Of a stretch of 46,998 bases of DNA, positions 37,370 to 45,474 are shown piece by piece. The position numbers were made by a program, and so were the translations under genes. Below the pieces are notes generated by a model. That model was not told where the DNA came from and searched no databases. It worked only from the letters and a program-made list of their open reading frames with translations. Position 1 is the first letter of the stretch; each line of letters begins with the position of its first letter. Where the stretch lies: contig JAQGKG010000164.1 of assembly GCA_028290245.1 (NCBI GenBank), positions 1-46,998 of the forward strand, given 5' to 3'. The DNA is from Devosia sp. (GTDB lineage: Bacteria; Pseudomonadota; Alphaproteobacteria; Rhizobiales; Devosiaceae).

Positions 37370-38650
37370 CTAGCCGCCGATGGTCGGCAGGGTCAGGTCG
37401 CCCGAGGTCAGCTTGCGGGCGGTGATCTTGGCATCGGCGGCTTCGCGCGGTAGCTCGAGGCTGGTCCAGACGCTGACCAGCGCATGGCGCAGGGCGAAGA
37501 TCATCTCGTCGGTATGCAGCGGCGTCGGGGTGATGCGCAGGCGCTCGGTGCCCTTGGGAACCGTGGGGTAGTTGATAGGCTGGATGTAGATATTGTGCTT
37601 CTCCAGCAGCATGTCGCTGGCGGCCTTGACCGCACGGGCGTCGCCGACGATCAGCGGCACGATGTGGGTGTCGGTTTCCATCACCGGCAGGCCCGCATCG
37701 GCAAGGATCGCCTTGGTCAGGCGCGCCTGCCGCTGATGCATGATGCGCTCATGGCTCGAACCCTTGAGATGCTCGATCGAGGCGCGCGCCGCGGCACAAA
37801 GCGCCGGGGGCAGGGAGGTGGTGAAGATAAACTCGGGCGCATAGGAGCGCACGGCGTCGATAATCGCCCGGTTGGCGGCGATATAGCCGCCCATGGTGCC
37901 GAAGCCCTTGGCCAGCGTGCCTTCGACGATGTCGATGCGGTCCATCAAGCCATCTCGCTCGGCAATGCCGCCGCCGCGGGGGCCATACATGCCAACGGCG
38001 TGGACTTCGTCGATATAGGTCAGCGCGCCGAACTCTTCGGCGAGGTCGCAGATTTCCTTGATGGGGGCGATATCGCCATCCATCGAATAGATCGATTCAA
38101 AGCAAATCAGCTTGGGCCGCTTGCGGTCCACTGCAGCGAGCAGATCGCGCAGATGGGCCACGTCGTTATGGCGGAAAATCTTCTTTTCCATGCCCGACTG
38201 ACGCACGCCCTGGATCATCGAGGCGTGATTGAGCTGATCGGAGAAAATCACGCAATCCGGCAGCAGCCGCGCAATGGTGGCGATGGCCGCTTCGTTGGAG
38301 ACGAAACCCGAGGTGAAAACCAGTGCGCCTTCCTTGCGGTGCAGATCGGCAAGGGAGCGTTCGAGTTCGACCAGCGGCCGGTTGGTGCCGGAAATATTGC
38401 GCGTGCCGCCCGAGCCGACGCCGAGCTTGCCGGCAGTTTCCTGCATGGCGCCGATGACCTTGGCATGCTGGCCCATGCCGAGATAATCGTTGGAGCACCA
38501 GATGGTGATTTCGCGCTGGTTGTCAGCATCGTCGCGATAGATCGCGCGCGGAAACTGGCCGGCAATGCGTTCAAGATCGGCAAACACGCGGTAGCGCTTT
38601 TCGGTGCGCAAGGTATCCACCGCATCTTCGAATATGCCCCGATAGTCCAT
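37370..38650 (-). CDS. hemA: 5-aminolevulinate synthase
   Basis: [56 protein letters not shown]. Confidence 0.96.
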   Translation of the reverse strand: MDYRGIFEDAVDTLRTEKRYRVFADLERIAGQFPRAIYRDDADNQREITIWCSNDYLGMGQHAKVIGAMQETAGKLGVGSGGTRNISGTNRPLVELERSLADLHRKEGALVFTSGFVSNEAAIATIARLLPDCVIFSDQLNHASMIQGVRQSGMEKKIFRHNDVAHLRDLLAAVDRKRPKLICFESIYSMDGDIAPIKEICDLAEEFGALTYIDEVHAVGMYGPRGGGIAERDGLMDRIDIVEGTLAKGFGTMGGYIAANRAIIDAVRSYAPEFIFTTSLPPALCAAARASIEHLKGSSHERIMHQRQARLTKAILADAGLPVMETDTHIVPLIVGDARAVKAASDMLLEKHNIYIQPINYPTVPKGTERLRITPTPLHTDEMIFALRHALVSVWTSLELPREAADAKITARKLTSGDLTLPTIGG

Positions 38651-38728
38651 CGAAACGTCCTTCTGTGCCCTACCGTCGGCGGAGAAGCTGCCGGCGAACA
38701 AGCCATACCTAAATCCGCGTCTGCGTCG

Positions 38729-38742
38729 TTGACATAGGTCAA
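38729..38742. promoter_or_regulatory. FNR/FixK box upstream of hemA
   Basis: Perfect palindrome TTGAC-ATAG-GTCAA. Confidence 0.8.
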
Positions 38743-38800
38743 TTCGACGCGCGCGTTCGGGGTGTGGAGGCGTTTTCGCAACAGGCGACGACGCGTCAAC

Positions 38801-38817
38801 ATGAGAGCCATTCTAAA
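38801..38817. promoter_or_regulatory. Irr/ICE-like site upstream of hemA
   Basis: ATGAGAG-CCA-TTCTAAA versus TTTAGAA-N3-TTCTAAA: one perfect half, one degenerate half. Confidence 0.45.
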
Positions 38818-38962
38818 GTGCGAGAGGCCTTATGCCAATGCGTCACGGCGCCCGTTTTTACCAATGCCTCAGTTTCCTGATGGCGTGCGATGGCGATCTG
38901 CCCGTGACTGTAACAAGCCGACATCAGTTGATCGACTTAATGCAAGCTATCTTCGCTCCAGC

Positions 38963-38978
38963 GTTCATCTGCTGTTCA
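38963..38978 (+). promoter_or_regulatory. GTTCA-N6-GTTCA direct repeat upstream of the OmpA lipoprotein
   Basis: GTTCATCTGCTGTTCA; 11 bp periodicity. Confidence 0.45.
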
Positions 38979-39056
38979 GGCTCTATGCTTCACCACCATC
39001 CTGCCGTATTCAGTGATCACCAACAGGCCACTACCGAATCCTTCAGGGGGATACTT

Positions 39057-39722
39057 ATGAAGTCGAAGATTTTGGTCGCACTTGCTGCGACGCTGGCGCT
39101 CGCCGCCTGCTCCACCACCAACCCATATACCGGCCAGTCACAGCTTTCCAACACCACCGGCGGCGCGCTGATCGGTGCCGGCGGCGGCGCGTTGGCGGGT
39201 GCCCTGATCGGCTCGGCAACGGGCGGCGACGCGGGTGTTGGCGCTTTGATCGGCGCCGGAGTTGGCGGCCTCGCAGGTGCAGGCATTGGCAATTACATGG
39301 ATCAGCAGGAAGCCGAACTGCGCGCGCAGTTGCAAGGCACCGGTGTCTCGGTGACCCGTGTCGGCGACCAGATCATCCTCAACATGCCATCCAACATTAC
39401 CTTTGCCACCGACCAGTCAAATGTGCAGCCGGGCTTCAACTCGACGCTGGTATCGGTCGCGCTTGTGCTCAAGAAGTTCGACCAGACCAGCGTCAACGTT
39501 TATGGCCATACCGACAGTGAGGGCGACGACGCTTACAACTTGTCGCTGAGCCAGCGCCGCGCCGTTTCGGTTGCCACTATCCTGGCCAACCAGGGCATCA
39601 ATCAGCGCCGCTTCTACATTGAAGGCCGTGGCGAGACGTCACCAGTATCTTCTAACGCCACCGAATCCGGGCGGGCCCAGAACCGCCGCGTCGAAATTCA
39701 GCTGTCGCCGATCAACGGCTGA
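39057..39722 (+). CDS. OmpA-family lipoprotein (YiaD-like, glycine zipper plus OmpA domain)
   Basis: Lipobox LAAC, glycine zipper, YMDQQEAELR, GHTDS, LSQRRA, NRRVEI. Confidence 0.93.
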   Translation: MKSKILVALAATLALAACSTTNPYTGQSQLSNTTGGALIGAGGGALAGALIGSATGGDAGVGALIGAGVGGLAGAGIGNYMDQQEAELRAQLQGTGVSVTRVGDQIILNMPSNITFATDQSNVQPGFNSTLVSVALVLKKFDQTSVNVYGHTDSEGDDAYNLSLSQRRAVSVATILANQGINQRRFYIEGRGETSPVSSNATESGRAQNRRVEIQLSPING

Positions 39723-39740
39723 TAACCGACCAAACGAACG

Positions 39741-39774
39741 AAAGGCGCGTCCCGCGGGGCGCGCCTTTTTTATT
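39741..39774. terminator. Intrinsic terminator, probably bidirectional
   Basis: AAAGGCGCG...CGCGCCTTTTTTATT between convergent genes. Confidence 0.8.
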
Positions 39775-39789
39775 GTCGGCAATTGCAAA

Positions 39790-40122
39790 TTACGGCGTGG
39801 GAACGACAGGTTCCGCAACAGGAACCGCTGTCCCGCTGGCCGGCGCTACTACGCTTTCGGAAGTCGGCGTACCGGGTTGTACGTCCGTCGCTGGTGCGCC
39901 CTGGAACATCTGCATCAGGAACAGCACGGCAATGACGATGGCGAGGCCGAATATCCCGTAAAGCCACCAATTGGTGGGTCCGGTCGCTCCGACAGTCGCC
40001 TCATGCTCGCCCGCCACCTTGAGCGGCGAGCCATCGGGCACGTCGATGCGCGAGCCGTTCTCATCGATCAGGTTATCGACGCTGGCGACAGTAGGCACAG
40101 GATGTCTTGGTACGGTAGCCAT
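39790..40122 (-). CDS. Hypothetical single-pass membrane protein
   Basis: 110 aa, one TM (WWLYGIFGLAIVIAVLFLMQMF), Pro/Thr/Val-rich tail; GGAG RBS, TGATG coupling to the upstream gene. Confidence 0.7.
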   Translation of the reverse strand: MATVPRHPVPTVASVDNLIDENGSRIDVPDGSPLKVAGEHEATVGATGPTNWWLYGIFGLAIVIAVLFLMQMFQGAPATDVQPGTPTSESVVAPASGTAVPVAEPVVPTP

Positions 40123-40376
40123 CAGAAGTCTCCCTTGAGAACGGTTTCGCTGCCGACGCCGTCCTGCACACCCTGATGCACCTCGGCGAGGGCGGAATCG
40201 ATTTCTTCGGCATCGAAGCCCAGTTCCCGGCCTTCCTTGCCGGCTGCCGTTACGTCCGCCTTCAGTTGATTGAGCAGGTCGATCGTTTCCCTGGCGGTGA
40301 ACAGGCTGTTGTGGGCGATGCCCATGGGCGAAATCTTGTCACCGCCGCCCATACGGTCTCGGAGGCTGTCGAACAT
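40122..40376 (-). CDS. Hypothetical small acidic protein
   Basis: 84 aa from ATG 40376 with AAGGAG RBS; coding-like codon usage. Confidence 0.7.
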   Translation of the reverse strand: MFDSLRDRMGGGDKISPMGIAHNSLFTARETIDLLNQLKADVTAAGKEGRELGFDAEEIDSALAEVHQGVQDGVGSETVLKGDF

Positions 40377-40418
40377 GGCGCGTCTCCTTTTTTGGGTCCA
40401 ATGACCCTCATGAGAACA

Positions 40419-40443
40419 AATGCGCTGTCGGGCCCGGGGTTCC
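40419..40443 (-). promoter_or_regulatory. EcfG/RpoE2-type promoter for the two hypothetical genes
   Basis: GGAAC-N18-TT (GGAAC-N16-CATT) on the minus strand, about 40 bp before the ATG. Confidence 0.55.
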
Positions 40444-40515
40444 GGCGATGCTATCGCGCCGTGACAAATCACCTACACCGGCGTCCGACGTGGGTTTTTC
40501 GATCCCTGAATCCCG

Positions 40516-40654
40516 TCAGCTAGTGAGGGGCTTCCCCGTGAGAAGCTGGGCGCCAACAATCTGGATCAGCGCAAAGTTGACGATCAGCGTCGCTGCAATG
40601 ATAGCGAGCAACTCACGGCCTTATTTGCCCCGCGCCGTGACATCGGACTTGAGC
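40516..40654 (-). pseudogene. Possible remnant 3' end of a membrane-protein gene
   Basis: Reads LKSDVTARGK*GRELLAIIAATLIVNFALIQIVGAQLLTGKPLTS* with coding-like codons, an internal stop and no convincing start. Confidence 0.3.
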
Positions 40655-40724
40655 TAGCGTTGGCCAGGAACTCGCCGACCCATTGGTGCTAAATCAAATT
40701 TTCCGAAAGGCGCCGATCTGGCCG

Positions 40725-41195
40725 TTAATCTTCTTCAAGCCCTGTCGAACCCGGGACATCGAGATCAACAGCAGCATCCCCGACCAGCACCAGCAGATCC
40801 TGCTCCAGCCGATCGAGGGCCGCTGCACCGATTTTCCGGGCCCAGGCGGCGCGCAGATCATCGAAGATTGCCTCGCCTTGGCCCATGACCTCATGCCCCA
40901 AAGGCGTAACGACCAGCAACTTGCGCCGGGAATCCGCCGCGTCGTCCATGCGCGCGACATAGCCCCGCTCTTCCAGCAGGGCGACGACCTTCGCTGCCGC
41001 TTGTTTGGAGATGGACAGCCGTCGTCCCAAATCCGATGCGTTGTTGGCCCCGCCTGCGATCGACCGCATGGCGAACTCCTGGCTTGGCCGCAGTTCTGGA
41101 TAACCGCGCCGCAACAGCTCCGCTCCGGCGCTATCCGCCAGTTGCCGGAAGCCGCCGAGAAGTAGCAATGCGAGATCGGCGCCTTTTCTGCTCAT
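40725..41195 (-). CDS. MarR-family transcriptional regulator
   Basis: ISKQAAAKVVALLEERGYVAR...DSRRKLLVVTPLG winged helix. Confidence 0.9.
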   Translation of the reverse strand: MSRKGADLALLLLGGFRQLADSAGAELLRRGYPELRPSQEFAMRSIAGGANNASDLGRRLSISKQAAAKVVALLEERGYVARMDDAADSRRKLLVVTPLGHEVMGQGEAIFDDLRAAWARKIGAAALDRLEQDLLVLVGDAAVDLDVPGSTGLEED

Positions 41196-41222
41196 ACGAC
41201 TTCGCTATCGCACCCGACATAA

Positions 41223-41301
41223 AAAGACAACCAGTATGTCTATTCTCGTTGACATAGACAACCTGGGTGACTATACCCGTAAAGTCAACCAAGTTGTCCA
41301 T
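41223..41301. promoter_or_regulatory. Three 21 bp palindromic operators (probable MarR sites) over a sigma70 promoter
   Basis: AAAGACAACCAGTATGTCTAT (41223), ATAGACAACCTGGGTGACTAT (41254), AAAGTCAACCAAGTTGTCCAT (41281); TTGACA-N17-TATACC at 41249-41277. Confidence 0.75.
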
Positions 41302-41315
41302 AAAGGAACTCGCAA

Positions 41316-42188
41316 ATGACCTACGCTAGCATCGCTGAAGTCACCCACCACCGCGTTGCCCTCAACGGCACCAACCTCCACTATGTCTCGGCCGGCACCA
41401 CCGGCTCGCCGATCCTGCTGGTGCATGGCTGGCCCGAAACCTGGTGGTCCTTCCACAAGGTCATTCCGATCCTGGCACAGTCTCACCGCGTTATTGCCGT
41501 CGATCTGCGCGGCTTCGGCGATTCCGACGTTGCCCAAGCCGGCGACAGTAGCGCCACCATGGCCGAAGACCTGCATGCCCTGATCGAGCACCTCGGTCTT
41601 GGCCCGGTTCATCTGTCGGCACAGGATTTCTCAGGTCCACTGGCCTATCGGCTCGCCGCGACCCATCCGCAGGATTTGCTGAGTTTTACCGCCGTCGAAA
41701 CCGGCTTGCCGGGTTTTGGGCTGGAGATACTGACCAACCCGATGATCGCCTGGTACTATGGCACCCTGGCAAAGCAGGGCGCAGCCGAACGCTTCTTCAA
41801 GGGACGCGAGACGGAATTGCTGACCGAGTTCATCTTCACCCCGCCAACCACAACCTCCACCAGCATCGGCGCAAACGACATCGCCGAGTTCATCCGCGGC
41901 TACGCCCGCGATGGCGGCTGGAACGGCGCCCAGGCAATCTACAACAGCAATATGGGTGAGACCGAAGAGTATAAAACCCTCGTCGCCGCACACCCGCTGA
42001 GCATGCCGATGCTAGCTATCGACCAGCATGGCTCCAACTTCACCGCCCAGTTGTTCTCCCCCGCATCGGCAGGCAAGCTTCGGGCGCGAACCATCGACAA
42101 CACCGGCCACTATATCGCTATGGAAGCACCCGTTGACCTCGCATCGGCAGTGCTGGAGTTTACCGGCGAGATCGATCGGAACAGCTGA
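41316..42188 (+). CDS. Alpha/beta hydrolase, epoxide hydrolase/dehalogenase-like
   Basis: HGWP, DLRGFGDS, Asp nucleophile in AQDFSG, catalytic His in TGHY. Confidence 0.88.
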   Translation: MTYASIAEVTHHRVALNGTNLHYVSAGTTGSPILLVHGWPETWWSFHKVIPILAQSHRVIAVDLRGFGDSDVAQAGDSSATMAEDLHALIEHLGLGPVHLSAQDFSGPLAYRLAATHPQDLLSFTAVETGLPGFGLEILTNPMIAWYYGTLAKQGAAERFFKGRETELLTEFIFTPPTTTSTSIGANDIAEFIRGYARDGGWNGAQAIYNSNMGETEEYKTLVAAHPLSMPMLAIDQHGSNFTAQLFSPASAGKLRARTIDNTGHYIAMEAPVDLASAVLEFTGEIDRNS

Positions 42189-42263
42189 ATCTAGGGTCCG
42201 GCGTGGTCAACTTCCACTCGGCGGGCTGCCGCGATGCGATATTAGCCAGTCCCATTCCAATCC

Positions 42264-42339
42264 ATCTAGACACCGTAAAGATAATTATTGACTCCCGTTT
42301 GGAAAGCGCGCCATGTCATGATCTAGACAACGTAAAGAT
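42264..42339. promoter_or_regulatory. Two 19 bp operators (probable TetR sites)
   Basis: ATCTAGACACCGTAAAGAT (42264) and ATCTAGACAACGTAAAGAT (42321), 18/19 identical, imperfect palindromes; degenerate third copy at 43710. Confidence 0.75.
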
Positions 42340-42350
42340 AGGTCCTGAAA

Positions 42351-43236
42351 ATGAACTCTTTCAACGGAAAACTTCGGATTGCCATCTTGAGTGTTGGCAA
42401 AATCGGCAGCACTTTCGCGTTTCAACTCGCCAAGGTCGGCGGTCACGACGTGACCGTCATCGCGCGGCCGGGCTCTACCCGCCTGGCGCAGCTGCAACGT
42501 GACGGCGCTATCGTTGACGCCAAGGGAGAACGCGCCAATGTCCATGTCGCCGAGTCCTTGGACGAGCAGGTGGCGTACGATCTGGTGATCGTCACCCTGC
42601 TTGCCCATCAGGTGGAAAGCCTGTTGCCGGCTCTGCAGCGCAGCAAAGTGCATCCAGTTCATGTTCAATACATTTGATCCTGAGCGGCTGCAGCAGGCTA
42701 TTGGCGTAGATCGCAGCGCTTTCGGCATGCCTTTCGTTCAGGCGATGTTGAGCGAAGATGGACGGCTAACCAGCACCATCGGCGCTGGCGGCCAGAAGAC
42801 GCTCGTGGGACAGCAACGGTGGGTCGATGTCTTCAATGACGCCGGATTGCCAGCAGCGCTGGAGCCCAACATGCCGCTTTGGCTGCTCAGCCACGCGCCG
42901 CTCTGCGTGGCCTTCGAAGGGGTGTCGATTGCCGGCATGCGGCGCGGCTACGGAGCGTCCTGGGGCGAGGCCATGGTTTTGGCCAAGGGGGTTCATGCCA
43001 GTTTTGATCTGATCGAACAGCTTGGCTACCCGGTGTATCCCAAGGCCAAGCAGCGCATGGCAAAGGCACCCATGACAGTGATGGCCGCAACGCTTTGGTT
43101 CATGTCGCGCATCCGCTCGTTCCGCGAATTGCTGGCGACTGGCAAGGCCGAATGCTGTGCCCTGATCGACACCATCACAGCCGCCGCACCTTCGGCGCCG
43201 GGCATCGCCAAGATTAAAGCCATGCGGCCATTGTAG
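42351..43236 (+). pseudogene. Frameshifted ketopantoate-reductase (ApbA/PanE)-family gene
   Basis: Rossmann start IAILSVGKIGS and YDLVIVT in one frame; continuation CIQFMFN...WLLSHAP in another; switch at about 42635-42645. Confidence 0.8.
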
Positions 43237-43261
43237 GTGCGGCGAACATTGGGAGAGTGCT

Positions 43262-43681
43262 ATGTCCATCGTTAGTGTCACCCGTTTCCGGGTTCGCAAG
43301 CTGCGTTATGTTCCGCTGTTCCTGTTCTATGCCAGCAGGTCAATGTCGCAAATCCGGAAGTCCGAAGGTTACGTAACAGGCTCGATCGCGCGAGACGCCG
43401 ATTCCGCGTTCTGGACCATGACGGTCTGGCAGAGCGAACAGGCGATGATCGACTATGTCACAGGCGGCGCCCACCGCGGAGCCATGCCGCTCCTTCGGGA
43501 CTGGGGCATAGAAGCCAGCGTTATCCGCTGGCAGCAAGATGGTCTGGCGCTGCCCGCATGGTCGGAAGCGAAACACCGGATGCGCGAACACGGCCGGGCC
43601 TCCAAGCTGCGACACCCGGGCGCGGGCCACGCTGACCTCAGCTATGCCGAGTCCCCTAAAGTTTTCTCGAGCCGGATTTGA
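43262..43681 (+). CDS. DUF3291/ABM-like dimeric alpha-beta barrel protein
   Basis: VSVTRFRVR, FWTMTVW, YVTGGAHRGAMP; GGAG RBS. Confidence 0.75.
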   Translation: MSIVSVTRFRVRKLRYVPLFLFYASRSMSQIRKSEGYVTGSIARDADSAFWTMTVWQSEQAMIDYVTGGAHRGAMPLLRDWGIEASVIRWQQDGLALPAWSEAKHRMREHGRASKLRHPGAGHADLSYAESPKVFSSRI

Positions 43682-43733
43682 GATCCATGTGCACGGCTGG
43701 TCATCGTAAGTCTTGTCACTATAAGGGTTTGCA

Positions 43734-44336
43734 ATGACCCAGACTTACCATCATGGCGCGCTGCGCGAGGCGTTGATCGTCGCAGCCGAGACGATCCTGG
43801 AGCGCGACGGCATTGCCGCGCTAACACTCCGCGCTGCAGCGAGGGAGGCCGGCGTATCCCATGCGGCGCCGTCGCATCACTTCGGCAGCCTGTCGGGCCT
43901 GCTCAGCGAATTGGCCGCATCCGGCTTCGTGCGACTGCGCCAGCATCTTGTCGATGCGGTCGGTGTTGCCGGACCCGACCGGTACATGGCCGGACTGAGC
44001 CGTGGCTACGTCGCCTTCGCACGCTCCTCGCCCGGGCTGTTTCGGTTGATGTTTCGCTCCGAACAGCTGGACTGGTCAAATCCGGTTCTGTCAGCCGCCG
44101 GTGGAGCAACCTTTACAATGCTGCTTCCACCATCCAGTGGGGACGGGACCGATAAGGCTTCCCCAACCCTCTCCCTGCTAGGCAATGCCATGGCGCATTG
44201 GTCCATGGTGCATGGCTTGGCAACGCTGCTCATCGATGGACGGCTCAGCGCTGTCGCAAACGAGATGTCGCGCGGGCTGAGTGTCGAGGATTTGGTTAAG
44301 GAAATCCTACGCAGCGGCGTACCGCCTGCTCACTAA
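43734..44336 (+). CDS. TetR/AcrR-family regulator (WHG-type C-terminus)
   Basis: YHHGALREAL, LTLRAAAREAGVSHAAPSHHF, WSMVHGLATL. Confidence 0.92.
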   Translation: MTQTYHHGALREALIVAAETILERDGIAALTLRAAAREAGVSHAAPSHHFGSLSGLLSELAASGFVRLRQHLVDAVGVAGPDRYMAGLSRGYVAFARSSPGLFRLMFRSEQLDWSNPVLSAAGGATFTMLLPPSSGDGTDKASPTLSLLGNAMAHWSMVHGLATLLIDGRLSAVANEMSRGLSVEDLVKEILRSGVPPAH

Positions 44337-44396
44337 AGCGCTGGTGGATGGCTGGTTCTCATGGCGCTCATTAGCCGCGGGGCAAGAGCGGCAGGT

Positions 44397-44433
44397 ATCG
44401 AAGCTGTCGATTGGTCCTATCGCGGATCGGAAT
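44397..44433 (+). promoter_or_regulatory. NodD/MexT-type LysR binding site
   Basis: ATC-N9-GAT-N7-ATC-N9-AAT (ATCGAAGCTGTCGATTGGTCCTATCGCGGATCGGAAT). Confidence 0.65.
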
Positions 44434-44492
44434 TTCCGCAGTGTGCTCGCAAGCCCTAGATCACCGTCATCGATGATCGAAAGGAACACCAA

Positions 44493-45440
44493 ATGATCCG
44501 TCACACTCTTCTAGCCAGCGTCGCCACCGCCGTCCTGCTCACCCTTGCCGCTCCCGCTTTCGCACAGGACATCGCCTTCAGCTCGGACCAGTCCTATCCC
44601 GAGAGCTTCACCTACTCGGCCAAGCAGGACATCTTCTTGCTCGGCTCGGTGACCCAGGGCCTCGTCGCCAAGCTGGACAAGGCCGGCACTTACACCTCGT
44701 TCATCTCCGACAACCGGCTGGTCTCGACGGTCGGCCTGCTGGTCGATGACGCCACTAACACGCTGTGGGTCACCAATTCGGATCCCGGCGCCGGCGCACG
44801 CACGGCAGCGACAACTCAAGGCACGCTGGCGGCCATTGCCACCTATGATGCAACGACAGGTGCGCCAAAGGCCTACTACGATCTGGGCGGCCTCAGCGAA
44901 GGCACCCATTTTGCCAATGACATCGCCCTCGACAGCGCCGGCAATGCCTATGTCACCGACAGTTTCGCGCCGGTGATCTACAAGATCGATACCAACGGCA
45001 AGGCCTCGATCTTTGCCCAGAGCCCGCTGTTCCTGGCTGGCGATGGCTTCAACCTCAACGGCATCGCCTGGCATCAGGACGGCTACCTGCTGGTCAGCAA
45101 GTACAACAGCGGTGACCTGTTCAAGGTCAGCATAACCGATCCAACCGACATCCAGCCGGTCAAGCTACCCGAGGCGTTGGTCGGCGCCGATGGTATTCAC
45201 CTGATCGATGCCGAGCATCTGCTGGTAGCGCAGAACCTGGCGGCAAACCGCACGGTCGAACTGATCTCGACCGACGGCTGGCAGTCGGCCACCATCACGC
45301 GTGAAGAGGCCAGCGAACTGTCGATGCCGACCGCCGCCGTGAGTGTGGGGGATGACGTCTATGTCCTCAACTCCCGCCTCGACACGCTATTCGACCCCAA
45401 TGCGGCCAAGGTCGGCGACTATCTGCTGCAGCAATTCTAG
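44493..45440 (+). CDS. Secreted SMP-30/gluconolactonase-like beta-propeller protein
   Basis: Signal peptide (PAFA-Q), YPES, FANDIALDSAGNAYVTDS, LNGIAW, GADGI; AAGGAA RBS. Confidence 0.85.
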   Translation: MIRHTLLASVATAVLLTLAAPAFAQDIAFSSDQSYPESFTYSAKQDIFLLGSVTQGLVAKLDKAGTYTSFISDNRLVSTVGLLVDDATNTLWVTNSDPGAGARTAATTQGTLAAIATYDATTGAPKAYYDLGGLSEGTHFANDIALDSAGNAYVTDSFAPVIYKIDTNGKASIFAQSPLFLAGDGFNLNGIAWHQDGYLLVSKYNSGDLFKVSITDPTDIQPVKLPEALVGADGIHLIDAEHLLVAQNLAANRTVELISTDGWQSATITREEASELSMPTAAVSVGDDVYVLNSRLDTLFDPNAAKVGDYLLQQF

Positions 45441-45447
45441 CCAAACC

Positions 45448-45474
45448 AGAGGCCGGGCACATCGTCCGGCCTCT
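45448..45474. terminator. Hairpin between convergent genes
   Basis: AGAGGCCGGGC / ACATC / GTCCGGCCTCT. Confidence 0.55.

Noticed and set aside
33266-42339. Short spaced repeats (33266-33353, 41223-41301, 42264-42339) as mini-CRISPR arrays
   Set aside because: Only 2-4 imperfect 16-21 bp palindromes overlapping promoters next to regulators, and no cas genes; operators explain them better.
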